A stretch of DNA of 64,000 nt, taken from NCBI GenBank assembly GCA_951406725.2, contig OX597814.1, positions 178,870,001-178,934,000 of the forward strand, written 5' to 3'. The stretch comes from Octopus vulgaris. Its lineage: Eukaryota. The notes beneath the pieces are model-generated. The model was not told where the DNA came from, ran no database searches, and worked only from the letters and a program-made list of their open reading frames with translations. The position numbers and the translations under genes were made by a program. Of this stretch, positions 1 through 12,856 are shown in pieces; position 1 is the first letter of the stretch; each line of letters opens with the position of its first letter.

Positions 1-936
1 CTTTTACATACTATTACAACCTAAAACATTTTGAAAGAGAAATACTTTCTCACATATAACGAAAGTGGCAACTGATAATCAGAATGCAATTTTTGACTTA
101 ATGAACCCTTGCAGTATTCTGTAATATTATTTTATAAAATGTGATTATATTAGAATGTCCAGTCTATAAAATATTTCTAAACATTTCCACTGAATGCGTA
201 TCAATCGAAAAGGGACTCCTCGATAGCGAATATAATTTTTATAAGGCTTAGTTATTTTGTTTCCACTTCCCTACGATTAAGTTATCGAACTTATAAACCC
301 TCTATTGAAACACACAAAGAAAATGTAACCCTATACTTATCCCTGAAGAAGCAGGAAATTAATATAGTTTAAGCTTTTCATTACTACGGTACGCAACCAC
401 TCTTATCTTGAAAGTAATCAATAGCTTCTCATCTTAAAATAAGAAACCGTTACGTAATTTATTCTGTTATAGGAACAAAGTCATTACCAAGAATCATGGT
501 ACTACAACGACTGTTAGGTTTCAAAGGATCATCTCCTGAAATCTTTCTAAGGTTCATCTACAATTCACTTACTTTTAGCGACGACTTATTCCATTCCATA
601 CAATTGCTTCAACTGAAGACTCTGCGTACCAATGAAGCAGAACAAGTAAAAGGAAGACTTGTCAAATTTAGATTAAGTGATACTACATTGTATAAAAGAA
701 TAAATAGATGAAGACAAACTAGAGAGAGCGATATCTTGCAGTGTATATAAGCTGAGTGAATATATACCTGAAGCTATATGAAACATATTCATTCGTTTTT
801 ATTCTTCCAGCATACGTATCAGGTATCTGTTCTACGGTGGATTGATAAGAAGAGCAGCAGAGTGGAAAGAAAAACAAACATTGGAAGTAGAATATGATTG
901 TATGCACAATCATATGTATACATATGTGTATGCAAC

Positions 937-979
<43 letters not shown>

Positions 980-988
980 ACATATATT

Positions 989-1670
989 ATGGGCCCCAAC
1001 TATGCGAACCTGTTCATTGGCTACGTTGAGGCCCAGATATCCTCAAGTTTCACTGGTCCCACTCCCGAACTATACGGCCGTTATATTGACGACTGTATCG
1101 GTGCGACCTCACTCTCCCCCGAACATTTAGACTCCTTTCTCTCTTTTGTCAAACTTCTCCATCCTGCCCTTCAATTCTCCTGCACTATCTCTGACACCTC
1201 TGCATCCTTTCTTGACATTTCGATCAGCATTCATCACTCCACACTCACCCCCATCCACTACAAATACAGAGAGTCACACTCATACCTCAACTTATTTTCC
1301 ACCTACCCTAAACACAGCAAGCTTTCCACCCCTATTCCCAATTCCTCCGTCTACGCAGGCTCTGTAGTGAAGACCATGACTTTGAGACTGTCTCAAATCA
1401 TGGCACGCCACTTCATCCTACGTGGATATCCCCTCACTACTATCCACACCGCGCTTACAGGAGAACGTCCGTAGACCGTGCATCTGCTCTCTACCCCCGA
1501 ACCCGCCCCACCGTCTTCCGCCTCCCGTTTCTCTTCACCTACCATGCCACCACCCTACCTCTCCAACGCACCATTCTCCGAGCCTTCCGGCAACTCCAGT
1601 CCGAACCCCTCCACTTCTTGGTCCACAACTTCTTCCCTAACCCAACATCCCAACATTCACTCAGATCTCT
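989..1670 (+). mobile_element. Penelope-like element RT fragment, 5'-truncated and frameshifted
   Basis: MGPNYANLFIG, RYIDD, LHPALQFS and FLDI match PLE RT motifs. After a frameshift the sequence reads PYSQFLRLRRLCSEDHDFET and then F.LRGYP. It starts directly after a (TA)n tract. Confidence 0.85.
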
Positions 1671-2296
1671 GAACGTCTGACGTTAGTAACGATGGCTAGC
1701 GCACGAAACGCCTCGTGGCTATCTTGACCAAAACGTTTCTTCATTAATGTTTACCTGAAGATCAAGAAATGTTTTATATGTACTCAGTAGGATGCAAAAC
1801 TTTCTGCATTAATACAGCAACTCAATCGTTCATGGATATCTACATCAGTTGACTACAGGTTATTAAGCAAATGACATCAGTTATTGGAATCAGGTAATAT
1901 TGAAATATTAGGGAAGTGATATGAGCCAGATCACAAGTAGGCGTCTTCAAGAGCAACTGCTTAAAATGGAATTTAGAATTCACTAAATGTGGAAACCCTA
2001 TGCAAGTACTTCCAAAATCAACCAACTATTTTCATATTATCGTCAACCACGTCTATTTCCGACTATAACAAAAATAGAGAGTGGCAGCGTCTCAGGAATC
2101 CATGCATCAGTTGCGATAGACTTGGTGTCCTTGTTTGTGATAGTTGTTGTGTGATTAGACAGAGGTGCTGGATTTCAGAGAGTTCGCAGAAAATAGACTT
2201 TTACAAGCAGGTTTTTTTTCAGTCATCGAATAAAAATGTCATATTTCAAAGTTTTCATGGACACAATTCTGATTTATAGTTTCAAAGCCTCAAAAA

Positions 2297-2397
2297 TAAC
2301 AAACATTAAATGAAATGTAGAAATACTCTTCCGTTTACGATTTGCATTTAGATTTCAGCTTTCAAGAAAATAATAATAATAATAATAATAATGATGG

Positions 2398-2451
<54 letters not shown>

Positions 2452-2529
2452 CAAACATAACAAACATTAAATGAAATGTAGAAATACTCTTCCGTTTACG
2501 ATTTGCATTTAAATTTCAGCTTTCAAGAA

Positions 2530-2617
<88 letters not shown>
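2297..2617 (+). repeat. Tandem duplication of a ~160-bp unit (~75 bp unique sequence plus (TAA)n(TGA)n)
   Basis: ataacaaacattaaatgaaatg...ctttcaagaaaa occurs at ~2297 and ~2457 with one visible mismatch. Each copy is followed by TAA and TGA triplet runs of different length. Confidence 0.9.
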
Positions 2618-2618
<1 letters not shown>

Positions 2619-2619
<1 letters not shown>

Positions 2620-3047
2620 AACTGAGCAAATATAAAGATCTTGAATTAGAAATCAGCAAAATGTGGAACCTGAAGACTAAAACAATACATGTTGTCATAG
2701 GTGCCCTGGGAATGATAGCAAAAGGGGCTGATAGCTACCTAACTCAGATACCAGGAAACCCAAAAATGGCAGAAATTCAAAAGATAGTGCTCATGGGAAC
2801 TGCTCATATCCTACGCAAAATACTTTCTATGTAATCTCAAGGTTTAAAACAAACATAATTTTCGGTTTTTAAAACAATTTATTTTTTTAGACATTCATTA
2901 GTACAACACCAAAAACTCCCCCCCCCAAAAAAAAAATATGGCACACTAGGCATAACAACAACATGAACTTCCAACCTGTTGTCTCTAGAGGTCTCTGGGT
3001 GAGACTTGGAGCCAACTTGTACAAATATAAAGCAAAAGTCAAACATA

Positions 3048-3050
<3 letters not shown>
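2619..3050 (+). mobile_element. 3' end of an R4/Dong-like LINE (restriction-like endonuclease C-terminus plus 3' UTR)
   Basis: 2619-2834 reads KLSKYKDLELEISKMWNLKTKTIHVVIGALGMI...EIQKIVLMGTAHILRKILSM*. The K..KY.DL and VVIGALG motifs fit the RLE C-terminus. The element ends in a (TAA)n tract, the known Dong target. Confidence 0.8.
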
Positions 3051-3112
<62 letters not shown>

Positions 3113-3519
3113 GTAATCATTACGGCAAATTACAAAAAACACGTTACATTAGCTGATAGCATTTTAGATTTCAAAGCATTAATTCTGAATACACAGGCTT
3201 TCCAAAGATCTAATGTAGCATGTGCCATTCCCTTGAATAAGAAAAATAAGACTATAGAGTCTTATCGTGCTGATGCAGCTTTGCCTCAATCATACGTACA
3301 TTCCCCAAGTTAAAAGGAGGATTTAGCTAAACACAATATTAGAGATCCTGAAGTTGCTAAACTTGCCAAATGGACAGGTACCAATTGTCGAAAAAGAACA
3401 TTGGTCAGTATTCAGAGCCACAGAGTGTTAAAGTATGAAACTGTAATAGAAACTGAAGGAAGAGGAATGGTAGGAAGAACAGAATAAAGACAAGAAAGGT
3501 GAGAAGTGAAGCGAAGTAG

Positions 3520-3776
3520 GAGAAGAGAAGAAGGAGTAGGAGAAGAAGAAGAAGAAGAAGAAGAAGAAGAAGAAGAAAAAGAAGAAGAAGAAGAAGAAGA
3601 AGAAGTGGAAGAAGAAGAAGGACAAAAAAGAAGGAGAAGGAGAAGAAGACGAAGAAGAAAAAGAAGAAGAAGAAAAAGAAGGGGAAGAAGGAGAAGTCGA
3701 AGAAGAAGAAGAAGAAGAAGGCGAAGAAGAAGAAGAAGAAGAAGAAGGCGAAGAAGAAGAACAACAACAACAACAA
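3520..3776 (+). repeat. (GAA)n purine-rich microsatellite followed by (CAA)n
   Basis: Read directly from the sequence. Confidence 0.95.
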
Positions 3777-5977
3777 TGTATTTTGTCATGTATATATACT
3801 ACATGTTTTTGTTTTATGTTCCTTACTTTAGCAGTTGTTCTGTATTCTTTTCAGAATGCAGTATACATAAGAAGTTGACCTATATCAGTTAGTGTAGTTG
3901 TTGGTCTTCTTGTTATTCAGATTGCTGTACTTCCTCCTTTCTTTCCTTGCTCTTTCTGAGCTATTGTGTGTTTCACGTTTAACGTTCATACAGGTTGTGT
4001 GTATTCACCCAACTCGCTGTCTAGAACTAAGAAATCTATGCATGTTACATCTTTTGTGTCTATTTATTGTCTCGTTTTTTTTTTGGTTTTTTGTTTTTGT
4101 TTTTAACGAATAATAATAGTATACTCTTACAGCTGTACATGTGTCCCTGTGTTGTCTGAGGTGTTTTTCTTTATTATTTTTTTTTCATGTACTTACATTG
4201 CTTTTGAAGATTTTGGCTGCGGCATAGAAAAAAAAAATAAACGTACGTTCTTACAGAAGACCTATTTATTTTTAGTAAACGTAATTGTTTCTTTGTAATG
4301 TTAGTTGGAATATATGAACTAGTGAACTGTCTTACGCACTTTTGAAAATTGTAGGTGCTTATTGTTGAGAGCTTGTAACTCATGCAGAATGGCATGGGTC
4401 ATGATATTGTCTGTACACCGTTGTTTCTCTTCCGTTTTGCTGGATATGTTAAACTTTCGATTGCTCTAAATATTTTTATGTAGACTTTTCGCTTTCATCA
4501 ATATCTTTTTACCTTTTGTGAATACCATATGTAACACCTCGAAATGATCTTGGCGTGCGGAGTATGTTAATGTCCTTAAGTATAATTGATGGTATTTCTT
4601 GTAAGAACGCAGTATATATATTCGATAGATGTAGCTTGAAGTGTATTGTAATGTGAGGTTACAAGTGAAATATGTTGTGTTGGTGTACATATGTAGTAAT
4701 GTGCAATAAATCATAAGAAAATATAAATACGATGATACATGTGCATTGCCTCGTCAGACGATGTCATGTAGATATAGGTAAAATAGAATGCAGGAAAAGA
4801 TGTGTCTCACCATTCAAGAAAATCTCAAATACTATTGCTCTTGCCTTGGTACAGTTTGTGGGTTTCCCCACCAGATTTTGTGTTAAATTTTATGAGGTGT
4901 TGTTGCGTATTTCATAGAAAATTTATTTTATGGCAATTTCTATCTCTATCTTTAATTCTTGGACAGAATCACTTTTTATAAAGTACCAATCAAATATTTA
5001 TGCTGATTGCAATTCAGACCTTGTGCCTAGGCTAGGAAAAATATTAATATCAGAGAGGTTGATTGGATAACTTGTCAGACCGTCGGAAAAATACTTTGTG
5101 GTATTAGCTGAAGCTATTTATGCGTTGAGTTCAAACCCTTCTGAGGCCATCCCCACAAAACTACTGATCATGCATGTATGAAAGAATGAATTATTTTTAA
5201 CTTTAATGTATTAAAGAAAACACAGACAAGACTAAAACCCTGTATCAGGCAAAATATTACTATTATCGCAATATATGAATCTCTAAAAGATTTCCTTTTA
5301 AATCATGTCAGTGATTTATGAACTTAATGCAAAACATTAAAAAACAAAAACTTGCATTTGAATTCTTAATGTATTTTCGTGTCTCATGCTTATGAATTAG
5401 ATTTTCCCTCGCAATTTTTCGTTTCAATTTATAATGAAATAAATGCAACAATCAATAATATACGGAGACAGACTCAGTCCCCTATATTTGTAGGACTGGC
5501 GATGTGCCTAGTATAAAGATATCTGAACTGTCAATTCCACAGTTAACATTATAATAAATACCACTAGTTGTGATGTCGTAACTTTACATAGAAGCATTTC
5601 TCGGGAGAGTATTAAGTGCATTTTGATAAAATTTGCCAACATCTTATTGATGTTCCATTTTTATATGAATCATGCTGCAGATCTGACGTCAAACCTTTAT
5701 TAAAGATCTCTAAGCGAATGTACTTTATTTTATATGTTATTTTAACCTTCTTACATGACATTCACGAAAGAACGCACGAAGAGATTGCTTTTCTTTTTTA
5801 CTATGCTAAAGTAGGCGGAAGAGAGAAAAACACACACATAAACACATGCATATATAGGTACACACACACACGCCCCCATATATGTATACATGCGTTCATA
5901 AATATATATATAAGTATATAAATATATGTGTCTGTGTACATACACACATACACAAACACACAGACATATATATATAT

Positions 5978-6020
<43 letters not shown>

Positions 6021-6533
6021 CGCATTTTTTTGGAGGCACTTCAATTAAGTTTATACTGATTTCAGATTCATTGACAACGCGCATACAACAAAAGCGTCGT
6101 GCATGTAAGAAGAAAATAATAAAGTATATATTCTTACGTTGGCACAAGATCACAGATATCTTCGTAGGGGCTTAGATCGTGCTGTATATAGAAATTTTCG
6201 ATTCGTTCTTAAGCATCGTCACTAAAATATTCATAACAGGCAAAAAGGACAATCTTATTTGAGAACTTGTATATTGTTCGGTAATAGTAAAAAATATAAT
6301 TATTTCGAAACAAATTGTATTGATTGATATAACATTTCTGTGTTATAGTTGGTGTTGATTGATGGTTTCGTTGTCATTGATGTTTACTGCTAGACTTGTC
6401 TGCTACTTCCAACTAAGAAGGCTTTATCGTGAGGTATTCAAGTTTTCCTTTCTATGTTCACACACACATGCACACAACGCATATACATGCATGTGTAAGC
6501 ACACACAGATATATATATATATATGCATGTGTA

Positions 6534-6577
<44 letters not shown>

Positions 6578-6578
6578 T

Positions 6579-6650
<72 letters not shown>

Positions 6651-6701
6651 TGTATGTATACACATATGTGTGTGTCTGTGTGTGGTGTGTGTGTATGCAT
6701 G

Positions 6702-6855
6702 TAGGTGCAGGGTAAAAAGTTTCCTTCCTAGCTACATGGTTCTGAGTTCAGTCCCACTGCGTAGCACCTTCAGCAAGTTTCTTGTTATGTAGCCTCGGGT
6801 CCAGCAAGGACTAGTGAGTGGGGTTAGTAAAAGGAAACTGAAAGAAGCTCATCGT
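6702..6855 (+). mobile_element. Partial tRNA-derived SINE (family C)
   Basis: catggttctgagttcagtcccactgcgtagcaccttcagcaagt...ggaaactgaaagaagc is homologous to the copies at 25053-25468 and 55780-56180. Confidence 0.7.
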
Positions 6856-6910
6856 ATATATATATTTATATATATATATATATGTGTGTGTGTATGTGTA
6901 TCTCTCTGTA

Positions 6911-6943
<33 letters not shown>

Positions 6944-6955
<12 letters not shown>

Positions 6956-7178
6956 TTAGAGACAAAACCACTATTTTGCAAAACAAACAAGGAAAGACTT
7001 AATCAATACATAAAATTTTTGACTTTTTATTAAAATTTTATGTATTGATTAAGTCTTTCCTTGTTTGTTTTGCAAAATAGTGGTTTTGTCTCTAATAATA
7101 TTATATAATATTTTACTATAAAATTGGATTTAATCCTAAATCTGATTTTTTCCCTGTAAATTTGGATTTATTCCCTAA

Positions 7179-7185
<7 letters not shown>
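6944..7185 (+). mobile_element. Fold-back element in (TA)n: 76-bp perfect inverted repeat plus a ~75-nt one-sided extension
   Basis: 6944-7019 is the reverse complement of 7032-7107. The right arm continues to ~7185. TA tracts flank both sides. Confidence 0.85.
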
Positions 7186-7219
<34 letters not shown>

Positions 7220-7376
7220 GCATATATTTGTCTTCATAACGACAGATATATCGATTATACATATTCCTTGCTCACTTATAGCTGTGAAAAAATAAACTTT
7301 TAAAAGATATAACTGCTCTCTTCAAAACTTGTTCATTCAATTTGAAAAGTTGCATTATTTATGGATGGCCTAACAA

Positions 7377-7470
<94 letters not shown>

Positions 7471-7546
7471 TAGATAAAAAGAGATAACAAGGCCAAGGTA
7501 GTGAGTGGTTCTCAGGATATTTATAAGGCAAGAGATATAGACATAG

Positions 7547-7592
7547 TCTTAGAGCTGTTTCTTGGATATTATGCATATCCCTTCATCAGAAT
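7547..7592 (-). ncRNA. Type I hammerhead ribozyme motif (one stem III substitution)
   Basis: Minus strand: UU CUGAUGA aGGGAUAU gcaua AUAUCCaa GAAA CAGCUC UA AGA. Confidence 0.65.
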
Positions 7593-8722
7593 TGATGTGA
7601 GATGGTTAAATAGGGGTAACTGTTTGAGTTCCAAATAAGGAAGTATTGTGAAAAGGAGGAGATACGGAATATAGAGGGAAATAAGTCGAAATAAAATATA
7701 AAAGATTGTAGTTTCACTTCCATTATTCGAGTATTATGATGAATAGAAGTGGTAAAAAAGTTTCCTGTACATGCTATGTAAGTTCCTACAGTAGTTCATG
7801 TTTTGTCATTTCAAAGTATGGAGACGTGGATTCTGTATTGCTCATGCAAAGGGGTTTTGAGGTGTGAATGAAAATTTGAGAATGTATTGGTAGTATTTGT
7901 GGATAGAGGAGCGAGAGATATGTATGATTAGAACGAGGACATAGGTCAAAATGAAGACAGGCAGAGAAAATGAGAGGAAGAAAGAGGGAAAAAGAAAAAG
8001 GAACAATTAAAATACTAATAAGAAAGTGAAAAGAAAAGAGAGAGAAATAGTGAAAAGAGTGAAAAAAGAAGTGAAGAAAGGGTGAAAGAAATGGGAAAAG
8101 GAGTGTAGTTGGTGGTCAAAATAATGTGAGCAGAAGATGGGAGAGAATTAGGGAAGGGGTGGATAGGAAGAGTTGAGAAGGTAGGGTGTGAATAAGTGTG
8201 AGATATGTGAGGAGGGCTGATATGATAGGGCTATATTAAGAGATGGGTAGAGAGAAGGTAAAGGTGGGGGTGACACGAAAGTGACTAATAATTTTAATAG
8301 CGTAATTTAAAGTTGGAGGAAAGAATAGACAGATGTCTCTTCCTCTCGTTTTCTCATCCTGTCGTCATTTTAACCTATCTATTCCTTCTAATTACATACA
8401 TTTCCCCGCCTCATCTACCCACAAATACTGGCAATACATTCTCAAATTTTCATTCACACCTCAAACCTCCTTCGAACGAGGAACACAGAATCCTCGGCCC
8501 CACACTTTGGAATGACTAAACATGAACTACCATTGGAACTTACCATGTACAGGAAACTTTTTTACCACTTCTATACGCCACATTACTCGAGTAATGGAAT
8601 TGCAACTACAATGTTTTATATTTTTCTACATATTCCCCTCTATAGTTCCTATATCCTCCATTTCCACTATACTTCCTTATTTCGAACTCAAACATTTACC
8701 TCTAGTTAAACATCTCACATCG

Positions 8723-8768
8723 TCTCTGATGAAAGGATATGCATGATATCCCAGGAACAGCTGTAAGG
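8723..8768 (+). ncRNA. Type I hammerhead ribozyme motif (GAAA changed to GGAA)
   Basis: UCU CUGAUGA aaGGAUAU gcaug AUAUCCca GGAA CAGCUG UA AGG, with palindromic stem III CAGCUG. Confidence 0.65.
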
Positions 8769-9019
8769 CTGTATCCATATCTTTTTCCTTATAAATGTCC
8801 TAAGAACTCCTCACAAGCTTGGCTTTGTTATCTCTTTTTTTCATGTAATATATATATATATATATGTGTGTGTGTGGATGGTAATACAAGACCCACATTA
8901 AACTCCTTACTCGTATCACAATTGAAAAAATAGTTTAACTACGGTCTGTCCATAGCACTTACTTAGCGTTACCTGCCACTGTTTGGGTCTTCTATATATT
9001 AATACCTGTTATACATGTG

Positions 9020-9061
<42 letters not shown>

Positions 9062-9769
9062 CGTATGTGTATGTGTATAAGATAGGTTAACGTTCTGGAG
9101 TTTAATTGGTAAGAGAATGCCCTTTGTTATTTTTATTCTACATATGTGTGCATGTATATGTTTAAGCAAATGTGAGTAAGTAAATGTGTGCGAGAAATTG
9201 TTGGAGGCCTTCTTAGAGTGACATAAAATAAGAAGATAAAAAAAAGAAACAGGCAGAAAAATTCGTGAAGGCAAAAAGGAAAGCGAAGAGAAACAAAAGA
9301 GAATAAAAACTGAAAGGAGAGAGAAAAAAATGGGCGAAACAAAGAAATTGGCGTTTTTCTGAAATGGTTTGAAGTATTCTACTTTTATGGTCATTTGTCA
9401 TGCTACCCAGCTGTAAAAGAGGATTTTTTTCTTGAATGGTTGATGCTGATGACAATTCAATACGTCAACTTTCCTTTTGTCGTTGTATTCTCGGTTGTCA
9501 TGTTATCCAGCGGTAGAAAATATATTCTAATCAAAATTGCTTTAGAAGATTATTAAATGTGTGTTTGTGTGTTTGTGCGTGTGTGTGTGTACGTATGTTA
9601 CTTGAGAAACATTAATGAGAACATTTTAATAACGATTTCTTGTGTTCATATGTATACATACGAACAGATACAGACAGAGAGAGAGAGAGAGAGAGAGAAA
9701 GAGAGGGAGAGAAAGAGAGAGAGGGGGAGAGAGAGAGAGAGAAAGAGAATACGCTTATTTTAGGTAAGA

Positions 9770-10150
9770 GTTTTTTACATTGCATTCTAATATTTTGTGT
9801 CATACTTCTGACATATGTAGAAGGGAAATATCTTGAAACTGCTGTCTCCACTTATTTCTATATACTTACTCAGCAGACCCTTGCAAAATCATTCTTATCT
9901 GATATGTTGTCTGTGAATTCTTGCACGTTGGCAGAGTAAATTTTGCCTTGACTAATATATTTTATCTTGCAGATGATGTAGTCTATGCAGTATATGAGAT
10001 TATCTAGGTTGCGTTTCATATATGCATTGACTTGGCAGGAGAATACCTTTGTAAGTTTCTATGGGAACCAGTATCCAGTTGTTATTGTTGACGTTGTTGT
10101 AACATTTTCCACATCTGTTATTTCGTTACTCCTTCAACAAGAATTGTGAA
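9770..10150 (-). mobile_element. Decayed Penelope-like GIY-YIG endonuclease fragment
   Basis: Minus strand reads RCGKC, then DNLIYCIDYIICKIKYISQG, then QRARIHRQHI. This matches NLIY..C..C..YIGQ...R...H of the element at 39.5-39.8 kb. Confidence 0.6.
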
Positions 10151-10254
10151 TTATCGTCTGAAGGGAAATATGTCCTCCTGAGAAGTTTTAAGTACCCTTT
10201 GGCTGAAGTTTACGATTTCGTAACAGATTGTTATCAATATTGGTCACTCCTGTA

Positions 10255-10715
10255 AGGCGGCGTGCCGGCAGAAACGCTAGCACGCCGAGCGAAATGCTAA
10301 GCGGTATTTCGTCTGCCGCTACGTTCTGAGTTCAGATTCCGCCGAGGTCGACTTTGTCTTTCCTCCTTTCGGGGTCGATAAATTAAGTACCAGTTACGCA
10401 CTGGGGTTGACGTAATCGACTTAATCCGTGTGTCTGTCCTTGTTTGTCCGTTCTGTGTTTAGCTCCTTGTGGGTTGTAAAGAAATAGGTATTTCGTCTGC
10501 CGCTACGTTCTGAGTTCAAATTCCGCCAAGGTCGACTTTGCCTTTCATCCTTTCGGGGCCTATTAAATAAGTACCAATTACGCACTGGGATCGATGTGTT
10601 CGATTTGATACGTTTGTCTGTCCTTAGTTGTCCCCTCTGTGTTTAGCCCTTTGTGGGTAGTAAAGATATACGTATTTCATCTGTCTTTACGTGCTGAAGT
10701 TCAAATTCAGAGAGG
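10255..10715 (+). mobile_element. SINE family B, tandem array of ~2.3 units (period ~185 bp)
   Basis: Head aggcggcgtgccggcagaaacgctagc, B box gagttcaaattc, core gtcgactttgcctttcatcctttcggggtcgataaattaagtaccag. The motif gtatttcgtctg recurs at ~10304, ~10488 and ~10672. Confidence 0.85.
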
Positions 10716-11099
10716 CTCACAAATATCTGGGCCATAATCGTCACACATAGAAGAGTAAGCCGAACGATCATCTCCAATGCTGTAAATATTTTACAGGGAA
10801 TATTGTCTTGAATTTTGTTCACTATGGTGTTAAACCAATTATCATTGCTGCTACTAAAATCAATGCTTGTGTCTGCAACTGCTAGTGATATTAATGTAAC
10901 CCATAATTTCTTAGTGGATGTCCTCAAGATATATGCTAAAATGTTAGCAATGCAAGACAAAAAAACAGATGGTATTAATAAAAATTGCAGCTTACATAGG
11001 AATGGAATTTAGCCAGAATATATGTTCGTATTTGTTTTGCGACGGAAAGAATCAGCTTCCAAACCCATCACTTATGCATTAATACTCTCACTATCTCTC

Positions 11100-12835
11100 C
11101 TGTATGAAAACATATCATACCAAGGTGTTGTGAATAAAGATAAACTGACTCGGGACTATTCTACCAGACTTAAGAAAAAATATTATAGTCGGAACACTCT
11201 TCTTACAAGACCATGCATTTGAAGTGCCAGTGCTGATTCATAAGGGGTACTTGACTGGTCTGTAGAAGAAATTCACTCCATAGATATTAAAACCCGTAAG
11301 GTTCAACATCAAGTGGAAATCTCCACAGAAATAGTGATATCACCAGGTTCTACACAAGAAGTGATAAAGGGGATGCAACGTCAGATCAATGCAGATAGCC
11401 TCCGAATTTTGCGTAGTCTCTCTCTTAGACATCACATGCTAAATAACAGCAGTGGGAAGCACTCCGTCGGTTACGACGATGAGGGTTCCGGTTGATCCGA
11501 CCAACGGAACAGCCTGCTCGTGAAATTAACGTGTAAGTGGCTGAGCACTCCACAGAAACGTGTACCCTTAACGTAGTTCTCGGTGATATTCAGCGTGACA
11601 CAGATAGTGACAAGGCCGGCCCTTTGAAATACAGGTACAACAGAAACAGGAAGAAAGAGTGAGAGAAAGTTGTGGTGAAAGAGTACAGCAGGGATCACCA
11701 CCATCCTCTGCCGGAGCCTCTCACAACGCCCGGTCTGGGAATCGAAACCGCGATCCTACGACCGCGAATCCGCTGCCCTAACCACTGGGCCATTGCGCCT
11801 CCACAAATAACAGCAGTAAAAATATATACATTAACTTAGTACTCAAAAGTGAAGAAAACAATATCCTACGTTTCGGAAGCGAGCGTCTCAGGAAACGCTC
11901 TCTTTCTGATGACCTCCCATTCACTCCCAACTCAGCCGGACTAGCATACCTCAAAGAAGACCTGAAGGTAAAGCGCTCAGCCCACCAACATGGACCATGT
12001 ATGGGCATGTTTCCCGAAGACTTGAAGAAGAGCGTAACATTGACATGACCGCTACATCTCATCACACTTCGGAGGTAATGCATTTGTAATCCAAGTACAT
12101 GAGATTGATACTAAATACCTAACAAACAAAAGAGACAGCGAAGCCCTTGCAATTCCAACAAGCAACCGAAATGTAGATTAAGTCATTTTTCTGTGGAAAA
12201 TACCACGCGTACGGTTAGCAGCTGCCCCAAAATGTCATGCGGTTAGTACTTCTCTATGCGACACAACGTTGTCGCCAAAAATATATGCGAGCACAATGTC
12301 CAGGAATAAATAAAGAGAATCACCCTATTATTGAATACGTATACAAATATCAGGATAAAGAATACTGGTGGAACATTGCCATCAAAATATCTGTCAGGTT
12401 TAAGCATAGCAGGCCGGTTATTTTTGGAGACAGAGAAGAAAAAAGATGCATCGCCATAGAAATCAGGTGTTCTACTAATGTGAGTGTCTCTTTGAAAATC
12501 AAAGACACAAGATGTAACTATAAACAACTGCTTCGAAACCTCCAGCTTCTACATCCGGATTACAAATTTGCATTTATACGAATAATAATTAGTGCACTTG
12601 ATTTTGTAAGTAAATGCACAACTGTCAGTCCTGATAAGCTTGGATTTTCAGGAAAAGAAATCAACTAACTGACTCATACTTAAATATAATCTGTAAGTTG
12701 GAACACTAAAAGTATGCAAGACTTGTTTCAGCTTTAACATGTGACATTATTTTCGTTACCTGCATTCGAATGATGGAGCGTTGTGTTATTGTTAGAAACT
12801 AGCTCCTTCTTCAAAGGAAGAATTAAAATAATAAA
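11100..12835 (+). mobile_element. Decayed R4/Dong-like LINE (RT C-terminus, CCHC-like knuckle, RLE), interrupted by a SINE
   Basis: Fragments in order: ENISYQG..NK, GVLDWSVEEIHSIDIKTRK, GNLHRNSDITRFY, KCRL...SSCPKM...RHNVVAK, HSRPVI..DREEKRCIAIEI.C, LHPDYKF.FI.IIISAL. Confidence 0.75.
11454..11804 (-). mobile_element. tRNA-derived SINE family A (tail type 1) with 13-bp TSD
   Basis: Minus-strand head ggaggcgcaatggcccagtggttagggcagcgg...ggtttcgattccc has A and B boxes. TSD aaataacagcagt lies at 11441-11453 and 11805-11817. Confidence 0.9.
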
Positions 12836-12856
12836 AAACAAAAAAAAAACCTACAT

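Larger units (their letters stand above)
7471..8848. mobile_element. Diverged ~510-bp inverted repeat pair (PLE pseudo-LTR-like), each arm with a hammerhead motif
   Basis: 7471-7980 aligns by eye to the reverse complement of 8340-8848. TA/TG microsatellites flank both outer ends. Confidence 0.8.

Noticed and set aside
3405-3892. Poly-E/R and poly-F/L/S ORFs
   Set aside because: These are translations of a (GAA)n microsatellite.
5485-5515. Helitron-like 3' end (CTAGT)
   Set aside because: There is no convincing GC-rich subterminal hairpin and no second copy in the window.
11725-11803. Functional tRNA gene
   Set aside because: It has no proper acceptor stem, continues into a SINE body and is bounded by TSDs, so it is a SINE head.
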